Made by a program: the position numbers and the translations under genes
Part shown: positions 17,602 through 30,500 of the stretch, piece by piece
Layout: each line of letters starts with the position of its first letter
Numbering within the stretch: the first letter of the stretch is position 1
Notes under the pieces: model-generated
The model's input: only the letters and a program-made list of their open reading frames with translations
The model's database searches: none
What the model was told of the DNA's origin: nothing
NCBI GenBank assembly: GCA_964598355.1
Contig: CAZRBN010000002.1
Location: 1 to 46,611, forward strand
DNA: 46,611 nt
Reading direction: 5' to 3'
Source of the DNA: an uncultured Gammaproteobacteria bacterium
GTDB taxonomy: Bacteria; Patescibacteriota; Microgenomatia; Levybacterales; UBA12049

Positions 17602-18504
17602 TTAAAGATGTCCGACACAGGTATTTCCGTTGTTGTTTGAGTTAGTTCCATCTGGACAGGTGGTATTAGACCAGATTGCACCAGTAAGAGTGGCTGTACC
17701 CATATTAGTAGTGTACCGTAAATTGGCTCCTGTAAAGTTTGCATTGCTTAAATTAACATTTGAAAAGTCTGAAGGATTACTTTGGGAAGAAAGATTTGTA
17801 TTGGTAAAATCAGATCCAGAGAAGTCAGGATCTGAGCCTGAAAACCCAATGCCAAATTGTAGAATAGCTACAGCACTCTGAAAGTTTGCGTGTGTTAGTG
17901 TAATATTGTGTGTACTAAAGGTAAATACTGTTGGTCCTGAAATCCCATGAATACCTGAGAAATTTGTACTGTCTCCGTGGATGTTATATATAAGTAACGA
18001 GTTGCTTACCACATTGTGAAAGTTTGTATTATTTAATAATGCACGTGGTGAAGGACCGCCTGAAGAAAATCCAGTTCCACTTAAATATGCATTTGTGAAA
18101 TTCGTTTGGGTAAGATCAGTTGCAAATTGCGCATCATTTAGTTCAGAATCGGAAAGATCTTTTCCGGCGCGATTTGGGAGATCGTACATGAATCGACATC
18201 CTGGGCAAACTAGTGTTCCACCTCCACTTCCAGCAGGGCCTGGGATACCTTGAGGGCCTTGAATATTCCAGGTGATGGCTGTTTCATCTGGACGACAATT
18301 GGTTCCAGTTGAGACCATACGAAGATTACCAGTCTGCTTTTGAGCACAGGCATAGATGGTATTGTTAGCTGTTTGTGCGAGGACATGGGTAACAAATAAT
18401 GTTCCGAGTACTCCCAGAACTAAAGTAATTACACTTAAAAATGGGTGGAAATGGGGGAGGCTTTTGTGTGATTTTATTCTACTTCGGGCAGGAGATTTTT
18501 TCAT
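17602..18504 (-). CDS. secreted/anchored pentapeptide-repeat protein
   Basis: N-terminal basic segment plus TM/signal (FLSVITLVLGVLGTLFV). A collagen-like GPQGIPGPAGSGGG segment follows. Then come long runs of A(D/N)LxX-type pentapeptides (LSDSELNDAQFATDLTQTNFTNAYLSGTGF...NLSNANFTGANLRYT). Confidence 0.8.
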   Translation of the reverse strand: MKKSPARSRIKSHKSLPHFHPFLSVITLVLGVLGTLFVTHVLAQTANNTIYACAQKQTGNLRMVSTGTNCRPDETAITWNIQGPQGIPGPAGSGGGTLVCPGCRFMYDLPNRAGKDLSDSELNDAQFATDLTQTNFTNAYLSGTGFSSGGPSPRALLNNTNFHNVVSNSLLIYNIHGDSTNFSGIHGISGPTVFTFSTHNITLTHANFQSAVAILQFGIGFSGSDPDFSGSDFTNTNLSSQSNPSDFSNVNLSNANFTGANLRYTTNMGTATLTGAIWSNTTCPDGTNSNNNGNTCVGHL

Positions 18505-18553
18505 ATACCATATCTTACGCTACATCTGGGGAAGTATGTTGTCAAGATAGGGG

Positions 18554-21500
18554 TTAGTTAACTATCAGCCAGTTGAATGTTGTATCAGTAAATTGTTGGA
18601 CTGGGATACCTACGGTAAAGGAAGTTCCTCCGACTTGTCTCAAAAGATATGGAGTATATGTTGTCTGTCCTACAGGTGTGATGTAGATAAGTGATTTTGG
18701 TGTGACCAGCTTATTATCAATAGTCACTTCGACTTGGTGCGCTTTGACTGCTGCTGTTCCTGCAGACCCTGTTGCAACAACTTCAATATTACTGACTGCA
18801 AGGGCTGGTTGAATAGCTGGGAAGTTAAGCTTGGCAATACTTGCCGCTCCTGAGGCAATAACATTGCCCAATTGGTCGATGTTAAAGATACCAGAGCCTG
18901 ATGCATTCTGGACAGACAATGTTGTTGTTGCGAGTGCAGAACCAGTGGCCATTGTATTCTCACCTAATTTAAATGTAAGGTCTCGATCATTGGCAAGTGA
19001 GGTAATAACGTTGGCTGCCAAATTCTTTGTAAAGATTGCATTGCCATTGACTGTCAAATTACCATCTGTATCTATTGCAATAAGCCCTCCTTCAAATGAT
19101 ACGTTTCCTTGTCTGAGATTTTGGATTTGGAAAGTACCACCTAAGACATTGACTGAGTTGTCAGCAATAATAAGTTGTGTCCCAATTGCCAGCTGTCCGT
19201 TAATAGTGGTATCAGAGAGAGACGTCTGACCAAGCGAGACAAGTCCTTGACTAAACATGGCAGTATTTGCATTCAGGTTAGGAACATAGGCAAGGAAGCC
19301 AGAATAGGAAGCAATATTTGCATAGCCCAAGGAGGGAGCTAGCAGACCTGAGTTAGAGCTGCTAATAGAGCTAGATCCTGTAATAGTATTTGTTCCAATC
19401 GTGTTAGCAGAAGGGGTAGCGAAGTAAATATTGGTGACATTTGTGATATTTTGAGCAGAAAGTGTACCCACTGCTGCAGAAAGTCCAGTGATTTCATCAG
19501 CCACGATTCGATGGGCATGAAGGGTACCGGAGACTGTAGCATCAGCATTTACTGCAAGATTTTGCGAGTTTAATTGTCCAGAAAATGTTGCATTGCCATT
19601 GTTGTCAATACTAGCCACAGCAGAGGAAGATGCGTCTTTTGCTACTTCTATCCCAGAGTTAGTTAGTCTTAATGCAACATTACCACCATTTAGTGGTGAA
19701 ATGACATTTGTTTTCACAGAATCACTTTGGGCAACTTGGCCACTCGTAAGGCCGGCATTTTGGACAACAGACAAGATATAGTCGTGCAAACTTTGTCCAG
19801 CAATGGTGACATTTGCTGTTGCAATTGCTAGAGAATTTGTGAAAAGTTGTTGGGTTTGTATAGATCCTGCTCGAAGATTTGCAACTGCTAATTCAAGGAA
19901 AGTTCCCATTCTTGTAATAGATCCACCAAGTGTATCATTGAGTGTGTAATAATGTGGGACAGTAAAGTTAGCAGATGGGGAAGCATCAGCTAAATGCATA
20001 TCTCCAGTTGATGTAAGGTAAACTTGTGGATCATACCAAGAAGTATTAACAAATATGAATGCCTTTCCGCAAATAACTCCGTTGGGTGTCCCGGCAGGGC
20101 AGTCAATAAGGCCTTCTCCATTCTGGCCATTTGCAGGGTCAAATTCCTGCATCGCTTTTCCTACTACAGCACCTGGTTTGGTCACTTTCATGCCAAAAGC
20201 TTTTATGTTACTACTAGTAATCCTATCTCCAATATGAATTGAGCCATTTAGTGTAGAAACTTTTACAGGGACACGTCCTGCCATAGCAACAGGGGGTTTA
20301 AGAGAGGGGACGACTGATGGTCCATCAGCAGAATTTCCTCCAAGTGATAATCTTCCCTCCTCAATGATAATTGCTGGATCTGTTGATACGACACCAATGA
20401 CATTTGAATCGTATTCTGAGTTAGCAAGTCTCACCATTTTCCCAGAAGGAGAAGACTCATCAAGAGTTATAATATCAGCAGGTGCTGCAATCTCTGTTGA
20501 ATTATAAAATTCAGCATAGTCAATACAAGCATTAGTGCCTACGGTAGTACATCCTCCACCTATCGTGAGTATTTTTGTACCATGAGTTCCAAAGTTTCCA
20601 TTAAGAACAGTCCAATTCCCACTGGTATTTACCCAAAAAGGGTGAGGGTTAGTATGTGCATTGTTATCAATAACAAAGGCATTTCCATTATTTGTTGGTT
20701 TAAAACCAAGGTAGTGAACAGAAGACTCTGAGTAATCTCCAATAGTATAATCACTATTCGCATTACCTCCACCAAAGTGAATAAAGTCTCCTCCTCCACC
20801 AAGGTCAAGACGAGCAGCAGGATTATTTGTTCCAATACCCACATTGCCACCAAATTCTTGGAGAGCAAGAGGCTCTTTAACGGTATTGCCAACATTATAT
20901 GATTCCATTCCAAGGTAAGTAGTCGATCCATTATAGCTCCTATAAATTTCTCCTGTTTGTCCATCGGACGGTCCCAAAGCTATCAATGATTCGAAGGCGC
21001 CTGTGGATACGGTACTGCCACGAACATCAAGTTTACCATTTGGTCCAGTTGTACCAATACCAACCTTACCAGGAGTTGTACCATTTGAAAAATATATATT
21101 ATCTGAATTATTAGGGAGTATAAGTTGCCTATCATTATTCCAGACTCCGTATTGACTCCCTGAATTGGTGTGGAGGAAATATGTATTGCTGCCATCATTT
21201 CTGAAAAAGGCACCATAGTTGCCAAAAACCATACGGAATTGTCCACCATTACCTCCATTATCATCACCAGTCCCAATAAAGCCGGTACTGGACCGCACAT
21301 TGCCGACAACATCCAAAGGATACGCTGGTGCAGTAGTTCCAATACCCACATTGCCAGCTCCGTCAGGATTTAGGTTGATAGACTTATTTGCATAGACTAT
21401 TTTTATAGGATTCCAAAAGGATGCATTATCATACTCATATAACCACAAATCTTGATTATTAGTTCTATGAGAAAACACATATTCATTGGAAGCTGTATTT

Positions 21501-24500
21501 AATGGAGAATTTCTTATGACTAGGGCATCGTTATTAGCATTTATATTGCCATAAATTGTTGCAGATCCCGAAGCATTGATACTCCCAACGACATCAAGAG
21601 CTACGGCGGGGTTGATGGTGCCTATTCCTACTTTTCCATTAACAGCCATGGCAATGCCCGAGGCAGCAGGGTCCAGGAAATATCTTGTATCCTGTAGGTC
21701 TTGGAACGAACTTACTCTCAGAATACCACTGTTAGTAAGTTGGAGTTGGGTACCTGCTGATGAAGAAGCAGTTAAGATATCTCCTGCACCAGGCTGTAAA
21801 ATACTGACTGTTGCATTGCCAAGACTTGTGGTATCAATATTAACGATATTATTTCCACTTGCGTCTTGGAACTGCATGGCATTGGCTGAATTGATAAGAG
21901 ATCTGGAAAGTAAATTACCGTTGTTATCAACTCGAAAAGCATCAGCAAGCACAGCAGAGGAGGTTGCACCAAAAGCTACGTTATCGAGTCTGGTTGAGAG
22001 CTGGTTGGTGACTCGCAAAAGAGAATCAACATTTAAGTTTGATTGTGTAAGACTTGCTCCAAATGGATTGTATGAGCTTGCTAAGAAGTCTTTAAAGTTG
22101 GTATCTTGCGTCTCAATCCAGGTATTACTTGATGCTCCAATAGCGATTGCTGAGCCATTCCCATAGGACTGCCCAACAGCAAGAGAAGTAACAAAGTTAT
22201 TAGAGCTGGTATTCCAGGAAGTCCCAACATCATCTTTAGTGGATACTCCTGATGAATAGATATCAGTTACTGTATCAGTATCCATACCAACAACAGAGAC
22301 GCCGCCTCCTTGTGTGCCAATATATATTTGCCCATTTTGCATATTTGCAGCAACAGCTGAGACGTTTGAGTTGCCATTAATAAGCTTCTGATTAGAATCA
22401 GCTCCTGTTACGATACTTCGAATAGTCTTGCTGCTGTGATTTTGCAAGGCTCTGTACCCAACTTGATATATATGGGCAATTTCACTTCCGGTCAATGTGT
22501 TTGCAGTGACAAATGGCTCATCAATTGATCCGTTGAAGAAGTCAGCTGGAGATCCAGAACTAAAGTATGCACCAATAGCAAAATCAAGATTGTTGTCGGG
22601 GATGGTTTGGCTGTGTGGTTGTGATGCTTCAAGTTGACCATCGATATATACCTTGGAATTGACGCCATCATACGTTGCAACCACGTGGTGCCACACGCCA
22701 TCATTGATTGACCGTGTTGAAGTTGCATCAGGAGATGCATTTATGGAAAATATAGCTTTGCCTATGGAGTTAATATACAAGAAATATTCTCCAGCAACTC
22801 CTGAGTTAAATTTAGAAATTATCATTTGATTAGTCGATCCACTTGTCTTGACCCATGCTCCAAGCGACCACGTCTTACCACCAGAAGCTAGTTTAGATGT
22901 CCCTCCACAATTTGCATTGGTACAAGTTAGATAACCTGTTGTGCCGTTAAAAGTAAGCGCAGTACCGCGAACACCAGAAGTAGAGTAAGTGACACCACCA
23001 CTCGAAGTAGCAGTAAGAGTGATACCTTTTACAGATGCATCGCTAACATTTCCTGACGTTTCATTAAATGACCACATGCCTCGGATATCTCCAACCATAT
23101 CTTCAGTAATAAAGTTGCTGTTGTAATATTTCACAGATCCATTCGCAATGTCTCCTTGTTTTTCCTGAATCACAGCTAATGCACCATTACTTCCACCTTC
23201 GCCAATGTAAATAGTATTTGATTTTCCATCAACAGTTGATGTCCCTTCAGTAACAAACATACTTGTGGCATTCATTACTGCAGCTGTTGTTGCGGTTGGA
23301 CCAGCAGTAAGGGTAAGAGAACTGAAGGTATTATTGTCAGTTGTCGTAGTGCCATAATTAGTACTTGCTTGATATGCATACACTTCATCATACGTTTGGT
23401 TATTCGTATTACTCGGTGTCAAATTTTGTATACCACGTTTTACCTTCAATGCATATGTGGCTGGCGTTGTTTGGTCTCCAACCAACGCATACAAGTCTCC
23501 CTGAGCAGTAATCCATAGAGATTTGACTTGTGCTGCAGGACCAAATTTACCAACGAGTTGTCCTTGCGTTTCATTAATAATGGATACTCCTCCAGCAGAA
23601 TTACCAGTATTAGCAGCAGCAAAATAGGTTTTACCATTGACAACCCGTACAGCAATATCGGTAACTGCGGTACTATTAATAAATGCATTTACAGAAGGAT
23701 TGAGTGCATAAGTGACAGGAGTATTTCGTGCACTTATATTAGAGGTTGTGTTATAGAAGCCAGTATTATTATACTTGTAAGCAGTATCATCTCTGAAATT
23801 CATCACGTAAAGACCCCCGGCAGATCCAGTTGTTCCAAAATAAATTTTGCCATTTATTGCAGTGACTGTATTTCCTGAAGAATTGGTTGTTGGGCCAACC
23901 ATTTGCTCAGTAGCTCCTGAGCCTTTATCAAATTCCATCCACAGAGAATTATCTTTTGCATCAAAGATATAGAGTGCGCCGGTTGTGCCTGAAGTAACAA
24001 CCAAGACTGCTTTCTTCGGGAAGGGCTGTGCTCCACAGCGGGTATTGGTGTTAATGACACAGCTGTCAACAGAAGTTCGGGATTCATTGTACCAGGATGC
24101 TGATTGGGCCCGCTCATCATTCGTCCATCGTCCACCATCTGCATCTTTTGATGTGTCATAGACAAACACTTTTTGGACGTTACTGAGAGCAAAAAGATTC
24201 TTATGGCCACCAATGGTTAAATCTTTGTCATTGAGTGTCATGTAGGTATGGTTGGTTGAGGCAATGTTAATGATGTTGTTGGTTGGGGGAAGGGTACCCG
24301 TGTTACTATTTACTTTAGGATCGTTAGGTGTCAGGGCAATTGTCCCAGCATTTATGCCTGAGCCAAAGACTTGGAATCTGGCTGATGCAGTAGAGCTTCC
24401 TCCAACAGCTAAGTCATTGGTAAGATTGGCAGGAGCGAGTACCCCTTGACTGGAAAGCTGCCAAAATCCAGCAAGGCCTCCGTTAACTGGCGTAACAATT

Positions 24501-27500
24501 TGTCTGACATAGAGCGTATCCCACTCTTTTCCTCCAGCGGTTGGGTCTGAGCCTAAGTTATACGTGTTATTTGCATTTGGAATAAGGCTATTTTTAATTG
24601 TGCCATCATTGGCAATGGTGAAGAGGGGTGTTCCCGATGCTGAAGCAGTAAAGACATCGCCAAGTCCTGAGACATTGGTTTGGTTGACTACCAGTTGAGC
24701 ATTGCCAAGATTGGTTGAAGCTCCAACACCGGTGTTACCGATAAATGCATTCAAGAAAAGATTGGTTGAGCTGCCACTATTTGTCGAAAAATCTATGTTA
24801 TGCCCTTGAGATCTCAAGAGTAAGTCACCAATGCTGGATCCAGTAATAACTCCTCCAGCACTGTTAGAGACGCCAATAAATGCTTGTGTTGTCCCATTTG
24901 TCTGGAAGCCTAAGACATTGTTTCCTGATGTTTTATTAAGGCTCAATGTTTCAAGTGGTGCTCCGTTATTAATCCCCACGTTCCCTCCGTTGAAGATGAT
25001 ATTTCCTGTTTGAGAGTCCCCAATCGTAATACCTGCATTATTTCGTGCAGCAATCAGGTTGGTGGCTGATGTTCCACCAAATACTATGTTACCACTGGTT
25101 GTTGCATTGCCGGTTAAGCCAAAGACTTGAAATTTAGCAGACGTGGTTGCGGTCCCACCAATAGCCACATCATTGGTCATATTAAATGGTGAGAGAACAC
25201 CACTGTTGAGCTGCCAGTACCCATCGTATCCTCCAGTTGCAGGCAGAAGAAGATTCTGAGCGTAGATAGTACCAAAGTTATTCGCCGAAGATCCAAGGTT
25301 GATACTGGTTGAGTTTGGAATAAGACTACCTGTGAAAAGACCAACTGGATTGATACCGTTCGTTACTGAAGATCCAAGCGTTATATTGCCTCGAATGAGA
25401 TTTGCACCGCTTGCGTTGCCAATATTAATACCGGTTATAGCTTGGCTTCCAATGTTGAGAGTTGCTACAGTTGTATTGAAAAGATTGACTGCTCCTTGTG
25501 TGGTAATAATATTGCTACCTCCCAAGGTAAGGTCTCCATTAGTTGCCAATGTTAATTGGTTGGTAAGTCCTGCATCTCCACCAACTGAAGTTTTAATGTT
25601 TAAGGCACTGCCGTTAAGAAGTGAAACATTGGTATTTGCCCCGCGGAAGGAAAGGCCTCCAGAGGAGGTTGCTGTGCCTGCTGTGTTGACTCCCGCTGTT
25701 GTTGAGAAAATTTGCCATGGAGTTGCAGAACCTGTTGCTGTTCCACCAATTGCCAAATCATAAAAGGTATTAATTGGGAAAATAAGATTATTAGTGAGAG
25801 ACCAAAATCCAGATGTTCCGCCAGTAATTGGTGAAACAATATTGTTGGCATAGACAGTATTGTAGTAGTGGATTGAAGAGCCAAGATTGACTGAGCCATT
25901 GCCTGTTGGAATTATATCGCTATTATATAATGCAGTGGATGTAATAGTGTTGGTGTTTGAAGTACCAAGAGTAATATTGCCATTGAGAGTTGTTGTTCCT
26001 GCTGAGTTGCCTACATTTACTGCTGTTGTTGCTCCACCTGCAAAATTTATCGTTGTTGCCGTGGTATTGAGTAGTGAAAATGTTGTTTGATTGGTTGTGA
26101 GTGAGGTTCCTTTAATTTGTAGAGGATTATTGATGCTAGTAGTGCCTGTGGTTGCACCTATACTAAGCGTACTTGCTGCTCCTGCGAAATTGACATTCGT
26201 TGCTCCGGTATTAATCAGATCAAATCCTCCTGAATTTGCATCAAGTCTTGCCCCATTAATGGTAACGCCTCCTGTTCCATTATGAGGAGTAAGAGCAATA
26301 TCCCCAGTTGTTGCTCCTCCAACTGTTAGATTGCTAAATCGTGTGGTCTGGAGTGTCCCGTCAGCAGCCATATATATTGACGTACCATTGAGTCCACTGG
26401 ATACAGAAGCGGTTGGTGTTCCAGATCCAGTCATATTTAAGACTGCAAACTTTGCAGAACTAGTTGCTGTTCCGCCTATAAAAACATCTAGAGTTGCATT
26501 TATAGGATAGAGGGCTCCAGTATTCAATACCCAGTAGGATCCATTGCCTCCTGTGCCACAAGTGCCCCAGCTTGGGCCACCTCCTGCATTCGACTTAAGA
26601 CATTCTCCTAAATTACCAGTGGTTGTTTGTGAAATAACGCCAGTTGTACTGCCATAGAGAACTCCGCCATCAGTTATATATTTGGCATCTTTAATTGTTC
26701 CATCATTTTGCACAGTGAATTTTGTACCTGCAGAGTTGGAAGCGGTTATCAGGTCACCTGCAGTATTCAAGTTAGCAACAACGAGCGCTGCATTACCTTG
26801 GGCATTTTTTTCTATATCCAGTCCAGAAAGAGAGAGAGGAGTAAGTGTTCCAATACCTTGCGTGCCTGCGATAAGAAGGGCGATGCCTGATGCAGCTGGA
26901 TCCAAGAAGTATGATGTATTATCAAGGTCTTGGAACGAGCGAACTTTTAGAATGCCTCCATTGCTGACAATAAATTGTGTGCCTGCAGAATTGGAAGCTG
27001 TGAGCAAATCACCTGCAGTATTGAGGTTGGCAAAAATAGCACCGGCATTTCCCAGAGAATCTTTTTCTACATCAAGTGCCGTTGCTGTAGCAGGACTTAC
27101 ACCAATACCCAGCCTGCCTGCAATAAAGGATGCGCCTGTGCCATTTACTGTCAGGTTTGAGGCAATGGTCAATGCTCCAGCATTGGTTATTTTATTTGAA
27201 GAGTTGAAGAATTGAATATCCCCTCCTGTGCTATTGGTCCCAAGAGTGATTGTGCCTGAGCCTGCCAGAATGGAAAGGGCATTATTACTGATTGTTGTAA
27301 CAGTAGGGGTTGTCCCAGTCAGTGCGACTGTTGCAGCTGCAAGGCTCACGGCCCCGGTACCATTATTTGGTGATAAGGTTATTCCTCCAGTGTTATTGCC
27401 ACCCAAAGTAAGTGGCTGGTTGTTGGTTGTTTGGATGTTCCCAGTAGTATTGAAAGTCAGGGTACCAGCAGTGGTAGCATTACCAGTGTTGCCAAAAATT

Positions 27501-30500
27501 TGGAATTTGGCAGAGCTTGTCGCAGTACCGCCAACTAACACATCATTGGTAATGTTGGTTGGGGAGAGAGCTCCGCTATTTAATTGCCAGTAGCCATCTA
27601 TTCCACCAGAGGAGGGGAGAATAATATTGGTTGCATAGAGAGTGCCAAAATTATTGGAAGGAGATCCGAGATTAATACTATTGCCTGTTGGGATAAGGGA
27701 TGCAGCAAATTGTCCGTTAGGGGTAATATTTCCTGTGATAGTCAGTGCACTGTTAACCGTTGTTGTCCCACCAGTAACACCCAGACCTAATGTGGTTGCA
27801 TTAGTCGTAAACACATTAAAGGTAGAGGCCGTTGTTTGGAGAGCACTGCCATTGATAGTGACTACACCTGAGCCATTGTTTGGAGATAAGGTAATTCCAC
27901 CAGTAGTTGTTCCACCCAGAGTAAGGGGAAGATTACTTGTTGTCTGGATTTGTGATCCACCAGTTGTAAATGTCAGGGTGCCAGTGCTAGTTGCATTGCC
28001 AGTGAGACCAAAGATTTGGAATTTTGCAGAAGAGGTAGAAGTTCCTCCAATAGCCACATCATCAGCAATACTCAGGGGGGACAAGACCCCCAGATTTCTT
28101 TGCCAATTTTGGCTGAGACTTTGACCGTTTACGACAACATTATTTGCATAGACGTTATTCCATTGCAGACTGCTCGTGCCTAAATCATAGGCATTGGTAA
28201 CAGAAGGAATTAGACTGGAATTGAACTTGCCGTTGATAGTGATGGTTCCAGTCCCATTGTTGGGGGAGAGTATAAGGCCACCGGTACTTGTCCCGCCAAG
28301 AGTAAGAGGAAGATTATTGGTTGTTTGAATACTCCCTGCGGTATTGAACGTCAGATTTCCGGCAGTAGTTGCATTACCGGTGTTAGCAAAGATTTGGAAT
28401 TTTGCTGTACTGGTAGCGGTGCCTCCAATAGCGAGATCATCGGTGATATTCGTAGGGGATAAGACTCCTAGATTCCTTTGCCAGACACCTGAGATGCTTC
28501 CTCCGGAAATAATATTTTTCACATACAAATTATTCCATTCCGAAGACGAAGCTCCGAGATCGTAGGTATCAGTGGTTACTGGGATAAGATTGGAGTTAAA
28601 CCTACCACTGATGGTAATAGCTCCAGTCCCATTGTTGGGAGAAAGGATGATTCCACCAGTACTTGCTCCACCAAGGGTAAGGGGTTGATTGTTGGTTGTT
28701 TGTATGTTGCCAGCGGTATTGAAAGTCAGATTCCCGGCAGTAGTTGCATTGCCAGAGAGACCAAAAATTTGGAACTTTGCTGTACTGGTAGCAGTACCTC
28801 CGATAGTGACATCGTCAGCGATATTGAAAGGAGCCAAAACACCCAAATTTCTTTGCCATGTAGCAACAATAGGTTGGCCATTTTGGAATATGTTATTTGC
28901 ATATAGATTATTCCATTGTAGGGTATTTGACCCTAAGTCATAGGTATTTGTTACTGATGGGATAAGATTTGAAGCAACTTTTCCATTGAGAGTGACGGTT
29001 CCAGTGCCATTGTTTGGAGAGAGGAGAATGCCACCAGTACTTGTTCCGCCCAGGGTAAGCGTTTGATTATTGGTTGTCTGAATATTCCCTGCAGTATTGA
29101 AGGTCAACGTCCCGGCAGTAGTTGCGTTTCCTGTAGTACCAAATATCTGGAATTTCGCTGTACTGGTAGCTGTTCCACCAATTGCCAAGTCGTCAGTAAT
29201 GTTAGTAGGAGAGGTGACTCCTAAGAATCTTTGCCAGAAGCCAGAGATAGTGCCTCCAGAAGTAATATTTTTTACATAGATATTATTCCATTCCAAAGAA
29301 TTTGAACCTAAATCATAGGTATCAGTTACAGCTGGGATGAGATTTGAGTTTACTTTGCCGTTGATAGTAACAGTGCCATTTCCACTTAATGGAGAAAGGA
29401 TAATATTCCCTGTGCTATTGCCGCCAAGTGTTAGTGCTTGGTTGTTGGTTGTCTGGATAATACCAGCACTGTTGAGCGTAATATTACCAGAGATAGAAGC
29501 AGTTGGTGTTCCTGCTGCAACATTAATGAACGCAAATTTTGCTGAAGACGTCCCTGTTCCTCCAAGTACTAAGTCTAGGGTAGTATTAACAGGGAAGAGA
29601 GTACCAAGATTCATGTTCCACCAGTTGCTACCACCACCAACAGTACAATTACCCCAGCTAGGAGCTCCAGACCCACCAGAAAAAAGACATTGTCCAGTGG
29701 TAGCAGAGTGAGCAAGGATCTGTAGCTTTGAAGCATCTGAGTACACAATGCCACCATTGTCTGCAGTAAGATTGTTGTTTGTTCCACCATTTCCAAGAGG
29801 AAGAGTCCCTGTTACTTCACTTGCTCCACCAGCTAAGTTAAGAGCAGATGAGGTAAGAACGCCAACATTAGTACTATGAACCAAGCCTGTTGTTAGTCCT
29901 GCAATAGTGACGTTACCTAAGCCATTGAGGGGGGAGAGGATGATGTTTCCAGTGGAAGGGCCTCCAAGAGTAAGCGCTTGATTTTTAGTTGTTTGGACAA
30001 CTCCATTGCTATTGAGAGTAAGATTCCCAGAGATAGAAGCAGTAGGAGTACCTGATCCAGGAGCATTGTTGATAAAAGCAAAATTAGCAGAAGCAGTTGA
30101 TGTTCCGCCAAAAAATACATCCAGCGTCGTGTTGATAGGATACAGTATGCCTTGAGTACTATTCAATGTCCAGAAATTAGAACCACTTCCACAAGCTGTC
30201 CATGTTGGTGCTCCAACACCATTTGAGGTAAGACATTGTCCTAAACTCCCAGTTCCTGTTTGAAGGAAGAGCCCTGTGCCGTTTGTATAGAGAATACCTC
30301 CATTGACAGTATAATTTGCAGAAGTAATGTCTCCTGCATTGCCTACAGTGAACTTGGTAGCTCCACTGGATGATGCGGTAATCAGTGGGCCAGAACCGTT
30401 TTGATTAACAATAACTGCTGAAGCAGCGCTCGTTGCCAGGACAGCAAATAAACTATCAACCTCAACAGCTCTAAGCCCAGGAGCAATATTGTTATTGAGT

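Noticed and set aside
24300-30200. Regularly spaced ~375-nt repeats that could superficially suggest a CRISPR-like or satellite array.
   Set aside because: The period is far too long and there are no short direct repeats with unique spacers. The repeats are in-frame protein modules of one continuous ORF.
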